The position numbers were made by a program, and so were the translations under genes. Of a DNA stretch of 64,000 nt, positions 53,792 through 64,000 are shown in pieces (position 1 is the first letter of the stretch; the number at the start of each line of letters is the position of its first letter). Source of the DNA: Eledone cirrhosa (Eukaryota); NCBI GenBank assembly GCA_964016885.1, contig OZ024751.1:13516001-13580000 (forward strand), in the 5' to 3' direction. The notes beneath the pieces are model-generated. The model was not told the DNA's origin, ran no database searches, and saw nothing but the letters and a program-made list of their open reading frames with translations.

Positions 53792-53978
53792 TGTTTCTAC
53801 TTTTGGCACAAGGCCAGCAATTACCCAGTAGATTACTGGTACTTTATTTTATCGACCCCATAAGGATGAAAGGCAAAGTTAACCTCGGCGGGATTTGAAC
53901 TCAGAATAGCAAGGGCCGTAACTCTATACGTCAAAGCATGGCGTCCGACCCTCTACCGATACTGCCAATTCACCGCCC
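53792..53978 (-). mobile_element. SINE family A inserted in the Penelope 3' UTR, 17 bp TSD
   Basis: AAAACTCAATAAATAAT at 53775-53791 and 53979-53995. Confidence 0.93.
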
Positions 53979-54044
53979 AAAACTCAATAAATAATAGGAT
54001 CATTTTAAAGGTGTTTAAGATATAGTCAAATGTAATGAATATCA

Positions 54045-54895
54045 TAGATTTAAAATACTTCGGAAAATGGATTTTTGGCGATGTCTGCAAGAAGTAAATA
54101 ATTCTGTTTTTAAATTAATAGAGTTTTGACAGTTAATTATTTAAAAAATTTCCTCGATACACAAATAACAGATTCTTGAGAAAGCCATATTTCGGTATGC
54201 AGGTGCTTTCGAAATTGTTCCCCAAGATATTGAATAGTCTATATTGTTGTCCTTTAAATTCCAAATTAGATGTGAAAGTGAAGTGGAAGATTTTTTATCG
54301 GACCTATTAAATGTATGCTTGTGGTTGTACCAGCGTTCTTTGAATTTTGTAGAAGTGGCACCTATATAGTTAAATATTTTGTCTCTAGTTTTAACTGTGC
54401 ATTTATAAATTAAGTTTTTGTCTAAGCAATTATTTTGTAAAGGGCAGTTTGATTCAATTCTACAGTTACATTTTCTGGAGTTGTTGTTACTAGGAACGGT
54501 ACTATTATTATGAATATTGTTATTAGAAATATTATTATTGGTAGCTTGGTTTGTTTGGTTAGTGTTTAAATTTAAGTTTCTATTATTAATTCTATTTATA
54601 TTTTGTGCTATGTTCATAGTAGTAGAGTAGGATAGTTTTATAGTGTGTCTGTTAAAAATAGAGTGGTATCTGTGGGCTTTAGGAAAACACTTATCTAGTG
54701 CTTTGAAAAATAGCTTGGCTACAGATGTTTTAACGCCTAATGAGAATGGGGGAGACTACCAAATAATATTTCTAGTTCTACTTTTTTTGTTTGGTTTACT
54801 ATTTAAGTTGAATTGCTTATTGTTATTATAATGAATTCTAGGATGATTTATCATGTTATTGTTATCTAAGTATTTAATTTTATTCGAGTATCCTC
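54045..54895 (-). pseudogene. Penelope-like RT thumb / zinc knuckle / GIY-YIG endonuclease remnant
   Basis: RNIIW*SPPFS...LDKCFP..H.YHSIFNRHTIKLSYS, CNCRIESNCPLQNNC (CxCx5Cx5C), LIYKCTV...YIGAT..KFKERW..H, C.LC.EE, then after a frameshift TELFTSCRHR; one stop and one frameshift. Confidence 0.9.
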
Positions 54896-54932
54896 CTTCC
54901 TGGATATGTCAATATTTATAAAACAAACTTTG

Positions 54933-54993
54933 TATTTTATCTGATGAGTGCGTACCAAAGTTTTGGTACTCTTGAAATATATATAATAGAATA
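54933..54993 (+). ncRNA. type I hammerhead ribozyme in the inverted pLTR
   Basis: TATTTTAT-CTGATGA-GTGCGTACCAAA GT TTTGGTACTCTT-GAAA-TATATA-TA-ATAGAATA. Confidence 0.75.
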
Positions 54994-55127
54994 AATATGG
55001 TTTTATAAATATAGTTTCCATTTATTAATATCATTGATATTATACTCCAGAAAACTTGTCGAGTGTTTCGAATCAGTTATAAACATATATATTTGTTGAA
55101 TTACCAACAAATTAAATATCCCTCTTG

Positions 55128-55234
<107 letters not shown>

Positions 55235-55521
55235 CGAGAGAGAAAGAAAGAGAGGTATATATACATACGCTCAAATGCAAGTATGCGTGTTTATATACAC
55301 ACACACACGTCTGTATATGCCTGTTGTGTAAGGGGGAGTGGAGGCGTGCATGCGTGAACACAGAATAATCTCCCACGCTTAGATCCTGTATTTCCGTTAT
55401 CAGTGGAGGCTAAAGAGCGTAAACATGTTGTGCCCTCTCGTCGTTTACATATATTAACAGGTAACTAGAAAACCATGCTTCGTTAGCAGTGATGGATGAG
55501 ATTGGAGTTCAAATGTGAACA

Positions 55522-56369
55522 ACGATACACATACACACTCTCATAGCCTCTCACACAGATACGCTCTCATAGCGTTACACACACACACACACACTCTCAT
55601 AGCCTCTCACATAGATGCACTCTCATAGCGATACACAAACACATACACACTCTCATAGCCTCTCACATAGATACACTCTCATAGCGTTACACACACACAC
55701 TCTCTCATAGCCTCTCACATAGATACACTCTCATAGCGATACACAAACACATACACACTCTCATAGCCTCTCACACAGATACACTCTCATAGCGTTACAC
55801 ACACACACACACACACTCATAGCCTCTCACATAGATACACTCTCATAGCGATACACAAACACATACACACTCTCATAGCCTCTCACAGCGATACACAAAC
55901 ACATACACGCTCTCATAGCCTCTCACACAGATACGCTCTCATAGCGTTACACACACACACACACACACTCATAGCCTCTCACATAGATACACTCTCATAG
56001 CGATACACAAACACATACACACTCTCATAGCCTCTCACAGCGATACACAAACACATACACGCTCTCATAGCCTCTCACACAGATACGCTCTCATAGCGTT
56101 ACACACACACATACACACTCTCATAGCCTCTCACACAGATACGCTCTCATAGCGTTACACACACACCACACTCTCATAGCCTCTCACATAGATACACTCT
56201 CATAGCGATACACACACACACACACACACACACTCTCATAGCCTCTCACAGATACACTCTCATAGCGTTACACACACACACACTCTCATAGCCTCTCACA
56301 CAGATACACTCTCACAGCGATACACACACACACTCTCATAGCCTCTCACACAGATACGCTCTCATAGCG

Positions 56370-56400
<31 letters not shown>

Positions 56401-57350
56401 TAGCCTCTCACATAGATACACTCTCATAGCGATACACAAACACATACACGCTCTCATAGCCTCTCACACAGATACACTCTCATAGCGATACACAAACACA
56501 TACACACTCTCATAGCCTCTCACACAGATACACTCTCATAGCGTTACACACACACACACACACACACACTCATAGCCTCTCACACAGATACACTCTCACA
56601 GCGATACACAAACACATACACGCTCTCATAGCCTCTCACATAGATACACTCTCATAGCGTTACACACACACACACACTCTCATAGCCTCTCACATAGATA
56701 CACTCTCATAGCGTTACACACACACACACTCTCATAGCCTCTCACATAGATACACTCTCATAGCGTTACACACACACACACTCTCATAGCCTCTCACACA
56801 GATACGCTCTCATAGCGTTACACACACACACACACACACTCTCATAGCCTCTCACATAGATACACTCTCATAGCGATACACACACACACACTCTCATAGC
56901 CTCTCACATAGATACACTCTCATAGCGATACACACACGCACACTCTCATAGCCTCTCACACAGATACGTTCTCATAGCGTTACACACACACACTCTCATA
57001 GCCTCTCCCCCAGATACACACTCATAGCGAAACACACACACATACACACTCATACCGACTCTCACAGACACACTCATAACGATACAGAGACAGATTCATA
57101 GCGTTACACACACACACAGATACACAGACTCAGAGCGCTACATACAGACACACACTCATCACGTCACACACACACACAGACAGACACAGGCTCATACCGT
57201 TACTCATACACTCTCATAACGATACACACACACACATTCAGACACACACTCATAGCGTTACACACACACACATTCAGACACACACTCATAGCGTTACACA
57301 CACACACACATTCATAGCAATATACACACAGACAGACACACACACTCAAC
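55522..57350. repeat. minisatellite, ~45-55 bp unit built from two CTCTCATAGC subunits
   Basis: CTCTCATAGCCTCTCACA(C/T)AGATAC(A/G)CTCTCATAGCG(A/T)TA(CA)n; decays after ~57000. Confidence 0.95.
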
Positions 57351-57508
57351 GTTACACACAAAACGACACCGTTACTGCGTAGCCAAACTTATATCAAGAA
57401 ATACACACAAACACAAACATATCTATAGATACATATGCAATATATATGTATACGTATTTATGTATATATGCATACACACAAAACTGGACAGGCTCACTAC
57501 ACTACACT

Positions 57509-57563
<55 letters not shown>

Positions 57564-57581
57564 ATGTGTATATTAATTCAA

Positions 57582-58035
57582 AATATTAACAAAAATAGAA
57601 CTTCTTGTGATCAAGTATATTTTATTATACATATTTCAGAGGTACTGAGCTAACTTCAACAGTACGTCCTCATCAAATAAAAAAATAAGATGATGCATGA
57701 CATACCCTGACATAGTAGATGGTTAAGATCCAGTCATGGTAGTATGACTGGATGGTTAAGATCCAGTCATGGTAGTATGACTGGATCTTAACCATCTACT
57801 ATGTCAGGGTATGTCATGCATCATCTTATTTTATCTGATGAGGACGTACTGTTGAAGTTAGCTCAGTACCTCTGAAATATGTATAATAAAATATACTTGA
57901 TCACAAGAAGTTCTATTTTTGTTAATATTATGAAATAATATTAATAACTCCGGAAAACCATTTAGGTTGAGTGCTTCCAATCTATTGTAAAACTAATTCT
58001 TTGATTTATTCATTGAACCTTGTATAACCTTTAAA
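57582..58035 (+). mobile_element. family W Penelope-like terminus: ~150 bp palindrome plus tail
   Basis: Arms ~57582-57737/57777-57929; the tail 57930-58035 matches the reverse complement of ~15960-16065; (TA)n flanks. Confidence 0.85.
57827..57893 (+). ncRNA. type I hammerhead ribozyme (family W)
   Basis: TATTTTAT-CTGATGA-GGACGTACTG...CAGTACCTCT-GAAA-TATGTA-TA-ATAAAATA; perfect 8 bp stem I. Confidence 0.82.
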
Positions 58036-58235
58036 TAAATAAATATATATATATATATATATATATATTGTTATACTTTGGGAGGGTAATGTTGCCAATA
58101 AGAAACACACGCACCAGTTGATTTCACTCCAATTTATTATGAATTAACATTTTTTTTTTTTTTTTTTTTTTTTAGAAATTTATAAATTTCCGGTTGGTTG
58201 GTTGGATGGTTCCACAACCGGACGGTTGTTCATAT

Positions 58236-58276
58236 ATTGTCAAAGTTCTTTCGTCACACATTCTGTGACCTCTTCA
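58236..58276 (-). ncRNA. truncated hammerhead motif
   Basis: Minus: (TA)n-TGAAGA-G-GTCACA GAATG TGTGAC-GAAA-GAACTT; cut off at the first core nucleotide. Confidence 0.4.
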
Positions 58277-58304
58277 TATATATATACACACACACACATA
58301 GATA

Positions 58305-59372
58305 CACAATTATTGTTTTTAATTTCGATGAGACATGAAGGGAAGGGGAAAGTTGATTAAATCTACCTCAGTGCATTACTGGTACTTTATTTTATCGACC
58401 TCGTAAGGAGGAAAAACAAGCTAACCTCAGCGGGATTAAAACTATTATAATAATTATTATTACTACTTTTGGTACAAGGCCAGCAATTATCCCAGTGTAT
58501 TACTGGTACTTTATTTTATCGACCCCGCAAGGATGAAAGGCAAAGTTAACCTCGGCGGGATTTGAACTCAGTCCGTAAAGGGACGTAACTATGCTGCAAA
58601 GCATGGCGTCCGACCCTCTAGGGATACTGCCAATCCACCGAATAATAATAATGGTTTCTGATTTAGGTACAAGGTCAGCATTGGGGGGGGGGGGGGTTAA
58701 AACGATCTGAGTGTTACTGTTATTTTATTTATCGACCCCGTAAGGGTGAAAGACAAAGTTAACCTCGGCGGGATTTGAACTATAGTAATAATTGTTTCTA
58801 GTTTTGGCACAAGGCCAGAAATTACCTAGTGCATTACTGGTACTTTATTTTATCGACTCCGTAAGGATGAAAGGCAAAGTTAACCTCGGCGGGATTTGAA
58901 CTCAGAATGGAAAGGGCCGTAACTCTATGCGTCAAAGCATGGCGTCCGGCCCTCTACCGATACTGCCAATACGACACTCAGGAAAAAATAATTGTTTCTA
59001 CTTTTTTGGCACAAGGCCAGCAATTATCCCAGTGTATTACTGGTACTTTATTTTATCGACCCCGCAAGGATGAAAGGCAAAGTTAACCTCGGCGGGATTT
59101 GAACTCAGTCCGTAAAGGGACGTAACTATGCTGCAAAGCATGGCGTCCGACCCTCTACCGATACTGCCAATCCGACACTCAGGAAAAAATAATTGTTTCT
59201 ACTTTTTTGGCACAAGGCCAGCAATTATCCCAGTGTATTACTGGTACTTTATTTTATCGACCCCGTAAGGATGAAAGGCAAAGTTAACCTCGGCGGGATT
59301 TGAACTCAGAATGGCAAGGGCAGTAACTCTTTGCTGCAAAGCATAGCGTCCGACCCTCTACCGATTCTGTCA
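58305..59372 (-). mobile_element. cluster of six same-orientation family A (or related) SINEs
   Basis: Copies at about 58305-58440, 58452-58640, 58650-58782, 58788-58970, 58988-59172 and 59189-59372. Confidence 0.9.
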
Positions 59373-59585
59373 TCAAATAATGAACGAATAGCTATGACGT
59401 AAAGTTCAGACATTCATGTTCAGACATTCATATTAGACATATTCCTATATGGGAGAAATGATGAAAAACCTTGCTCAAACTCTATTATTAATATATAGAA
59501 TTGTCATATATATATTATTTATCATATGTTCACTAGACACTACCTTGTTCACAAGTGTTTTTTTAGGCATCATATCATGTCTCCC

Positions 59586-59656
59586 TATTTTATGTGATGA
59601 GAACGCAAATATCGTCCCAGGATGATATTTGTTTTTGAAATGCGCATAATAAAATA
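59586..59656 (+). ncRNA. hammerhead with core mutation (family V)
   Basis: TATTTTAT-GTGATGA-GAACGCAAATATC...GATATTTGTTTTT-GAAA-TGCGCA-TA-ATAAAATA. Confidence 0.6.
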
Positions 59657-59691
59657 CATGGAAATTTTTTAACCATCTTTTAATTTCTTCT

Positions 59692-59757
<66 letters not shown>

Positions 59758-59925
59758 CCTGAGCAATGACTCAAGAAATTTGGTATCAAACATTAAATCA
59801 TCTCCATCTTGCGTCAGAGTGTTTATAAATTATACAAATAAGGAAGTATGTAAAAAACATCCTTATATCACATCAATGTATATGTATACACACACATATA
59901 TATATATATATATCAGTGTGTGTAT

Positions 59926-59966
<41 letters not shown>

Positions 59967-59970
<4 letters not shown>

Positions 59971-60185
59971 AACGAGTAGGACCCCGACGGCTGAGCTCAA
60001 GCCGTTTCGACGGCTAATTCTGGGCTAAAAATTCTGGACTTTTTTTAGTCCAGAATTAGCCGTCGAAACGGCTTGAGCTCAGCCGTCGGGGTCCTACTCG
60101 TTCCTATTACCCACTCTACTACCCTAAGTATTGAGTACTTTGGTGCGTTATGGTCCATCTGGTTCCTTACCACATTTCCTTCGTT
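59967..60185 (+). mobile_element. Penelope-like terminus family X: palindrome plus tail
   Basis: Arms ~59967-60029/60043-60107, then tail TACCCACTCTACT...CTTCGTTA; (TA)n flanks. Confidence 0.8.
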
Positions 60186-60260
60186 ATATATATATATATA
60201 TATATATTTTATTTAATACTTGTATACGCTGTAGTCAAGCTTAAACATACATGCACATAT

Positions 60261-60875
60261 GGTGGCTGCCAACTCGTTTTCGAGTACGGCCACTACTTTA
60301 TATCCATGTAAGAGAACCCCTACCGATGCGCTAAACGAGTGTGACTTTTTAGTCCAGCCAGTGACTTGAAAACTCTGGTACAAACACTACACTTGTGACA
60401 ATTATTGACACATAGTGCTGGGCCCATGGTACCATGTGACAACAAGTACAGAGAGATCTCCAGATATAAAGCAATGCCTGTGCCTGTGCCGTGAAGCTTT
60501 TATAGTGAGCAAAGGCACTGCACAAAGCCAGTCCCACTCTCTTAACCAAGATGATATTTACCAAAAAGAAGAACAAGTCAACATCATTGGATACCATCAG
60601 GGTTGCAGGTGTTATATCAGAGTTTTCCTTCTCCTAGAATTCTGCCTTGACAAAGGCTAAGGGGTCATCTCTCCCGGTGATTTTGGATAGCCATTGACTC
60701 TTAAGAGCTCCTTTGCCCTTTGACAGAGTTTGTTTATAGTCCTGCAGGATGTCCAAAGTCACCCTCCTCACCAAGAAACCTTGGTGGGGTTGCCAGTTTA
60801 GTCGCCAACGACCCGACCATGTGACAGGTTGTACTGGGATACATGTTACCAGTAGCACCAACTGGTGACCTGACA
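60261..60875 (-). mobile_element. non-autonomous RTE-type element (family R), 615 bp, 25 bp TSD
   Basis: CAAGCTTAAACATACATGCACATAT at 60236-60260 and 60876-60900. The minus strand carries TCTAGGAGAAGGAAAACTCTGA, a motif I recognise from RTE 5' regions; no ORF. Confidence 0.85.
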
Positions 60876-60921
60876 CAAGCTTAAACATACATGCACATAT
60901 ACACGCGTACTTACATACATC

Positions 60922-61048
<127 letters not shown>

Positions 61049-61610
61049 CATACATTCATACAGTATTTATTCAAAGTTGAAATTTTACGCCATTGCTTCC
61101 AGATTAAGACAATAAGATGAGATTTGAAAGTGATTTGACTGCTATTTCTAACAGGTCGAATGACCACCTAAAGACCCTCTTCTTCCTTATGTAATGCTTT
61201 CTTTCATGTCAATGTACCTAAATACTAGGGGTTGCTGGGTATCAGTGTACTTTTACCCTCTATAATCGCGTACACACACACACATACACACTCATCTGGA
61301 TACACTCTCATACACATAAAGACAGAGGCGTGATGAAACACACACACACACACACACACACATATAAACACAGACGTGAAATCGCGCGCGTGCATATACA
61401 CATATACAAATACACGGCCATGCACGCATGCACGCACACACACACACACGTGTATATTTATATATATATATACACATGCTAATACACACATGAATACAGC
61501 CATGCAGACATACACAAATACATGCAAATACATACAGATACACACGTCCTTATACATACGGATTCACTCACACACACACACATAAATGCAAACATATAGA
61601 CACAAACGTG

Positions 61611-61651
<41 letters not shown>

Positions 61652-61762
61652 GCACATAAACACATATCCTTATACACACATACATACACACATATATATA
61701 CACGTAGATATACACATGTTTCACACACACATAAATGCAAACATACAGACCCAAACGTACTT

Positions 61763-61805
<43 letters not shown>

Positions 61806-61987
61806 CATACATATATGTATATATATATATACATAAACACAGATGCATCTGAGGCACATACAAACACATATGCTTATACACATATACATACATACACACA
61901 TATATATACACGTAGATATACACATGTTTCACACACACATAAATGCAAACATACAGAAACAAACGTGCTTATACATACATACATACT

Positions 61988-62019
<32 letters not shown>

Positions 62020-62588
62020 TATAAACACAGATGCATCTGAGGCACATACAAATACATATATGCTTATACGCACATACATACATAGACATATATATATATA
62101 TACACGTAGATATACACAGATGTTTAGTGTTTACACGTGTTTAGTATAGCCACAGCTGACGCAACCAAATGTCCACATATCAGTCAACGAACTTGTGGGT
62201 TGACTGACTCTGGCATATGTCTTAAGATGTTCTAGAGTTCTTTACTGAAGGAGAGGCGACAACAGAGAGATGAAAGGGCGAAGAGAGGAGTCGGTAGTGG
62301 TGGGCATGGAGAGGGGTGTGAGGTAGGATTGGATGAAGACAGTGAAGGAAATATATATATACACACACACACATACACAATATATATACATACACACACA
62401 CACACAATATATATATACACATACACGCAATATATATATACACACACATACACACATATATATATACACACACATTCAATATATATAGACATACACAATA
62501 TATATACACACATACACACAATACATATACACAATACATATACACACAATACATATACACACATACACAATACATATATATATATTAT

Positions 62589-62777
62589 AATTGTTTCTAC
62601 TTTAGGCACAAGGCCAGCAATTACCCAGTACATTACTGGTACTTTATTTTATCGACCCTGTAAGGATGAAAGGCAAAGTTAACCTTGGCGGGATTTGAAC
62701 TCAGACTGTAAAGGGACGTAACTATGCTAGAAAGCATGACGTCCAACCCTCTACCGATACTGCCAATTCACCGCCCT
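62589..62777 (-). mobile_element. SINE family A, full length
   Basis: Reverse complement of the family A consensus. Confidence 0.92.
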
Positions 62778-63149
62778 TATATATATATTATAATGTAGGT
62801 TATTTAGTAACTTTGATGATTTTTGGAGGTGGTACACATGTGAACACGATGCTAAATTGTGAATGACGATTTAAAAATTAAAAAAAAATATTGTATTGTC
62901 TATCACATCGATATAAACCCCGAGCCCCTCATCTGTGAAACGCGTGTAACGGTCGATATACAATAAAAGCATTTTAAAATGTAGCTTCAAATGTTTATAG
63001 CATTTTTATAGATCGTTGTAAAATTTACAGAAAACTAAATTAAGGACCTTCATTTTTAATGTGATGCAGTCATAGTATTGTTGTGTACTTTTCATGAATG
63101 TTTTGCTAATGTGGTTTCATCTGGTACAACACAACGCCAAGAATTGAGA

Positions 63150-63695
63150 CAGTGTGTGTTATTTGAGGATGATTTGGTTACTATTTCTAGTAGATGAAGC
63201 AACCACGTAGAAGCTACTCAAGAATCCCCCAAAAATCCTTTTTTGTATTTCTAAGACAAGACTGATGTTCTTTGAAAGAGATTTGGCTAATATTTCTAGC
63301 AGGTATTGTAACCATATAGAGGAGAGTGTGTGTTATTTGAGGGTTATTTGGTTGCAATTTCTAGTAGATGAAGCAACCACGTAAAGCCTGCTCACAAGAA
63401 CCACCAAAAAGTCCTTTCTGGAATTTGTAAGACAATGGGAGGTGTTATTTGAAGAAGATTTGGCTAATATTACTAGCCGGTGTTGCAACCACATAAAGGA
63501 GAGATTGTGTTATGTGAGGGTTATCTGGTTGATATTTCTAGTAGATGAAGCAACTATGTCGAGGCTACTCAAGACCCCCCCCCCCCTCCGCCAAAAAATC
63601 CTTTCTGGTATTTGCAAGGAAATGGGTGGTGTTATTTGAAGGAGGTTTGGCTAATATTTCTAGCAGGTGTTACAACCACATAGAGGCTCAAGAAC
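63150..63695. repeat. diverged tandem repeat, 3 x ~180 bp, each with two related subunits
   Basis: GTGTTATTTGA...GATTTGG.T..TATTTCTAG.AG....GCAACCAC.TAGA recurs six times in alternating forms; a solo relative lies at ~61115-61178. Confidence 0.8.
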
Positions 63696-64000
63696 GTTCT
63701 GGTATTTATATGGTTCCTTTTTACCAAAGAAGAATTATCCTCCCCACTCCAACCAATTTATATTCTTTATTGCTTTTTGTTTTTTTGTTTCAAAAGTAGC
63801 TATTTCCGCTTGCATTCTGCAGACTTTATCATTTCATCTTTAAACACAACAATAACAACACCAACAACATCAAAACTCTAAACATTATGTTTAAAAAACT
63901 TTTCTTTTATAAGAGAATGGCTAATTCTTTTGTTAATGTTATTTTTTTTCCTCTCTGTTCAGAACAAACAATATTTTTAAATTAATTACGCCGATGTAGA

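Larger units (their letters stand above)
52555..55125 (-). mobile_element. 5'-truncated Penelope-like (Naiad-type) element with inverted pseudo-LTRs
   Basis: ~145 bp inverted termini 52555-52699/54893-55039, each with a hammerhead; ORF remnant and long AT-rich 3' UTR between them; (TA)n on both sides. Confidence 0.88.

Overview
Repeat-saturated, AT-rich animal genomic DNA with no intact protein-coding gene. The SINE families and the (TA)n/(CA)n/(CATA)n density resemble octopus (coleoid cephalopod) intronic or intergenic DNA; this is recognition, not a database result. A ~21 kb compound-trinucleotide minisatellite (18.7-39.6 kb) produces all the giant ORFs. The flanks hold many tRNA-derived SINEs, decayed LINE fragments (RTE, CRE-like, possibly Tx1), two Penelope-like (Naiad-type GIY-YIG) pseudogene fragments, a non-autonomous Helitron, tiny MITEs and a ~615 bp non-autonomous RTE-type element. 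The most notable signal is invisible in the ORF track. About ten near-canonical type I hammerhead ribozyme motifs, plus decayed and half motifs, come from several sequence families. They lie in short Penelope-type termini embedded in (TA)n tracts, many arranged as near-perfect palindromes whose fold-back point is in or just upstream of the ribozyme. A tandem array of ~35 Pol III B-box units grown from one SINE head is also unusual.
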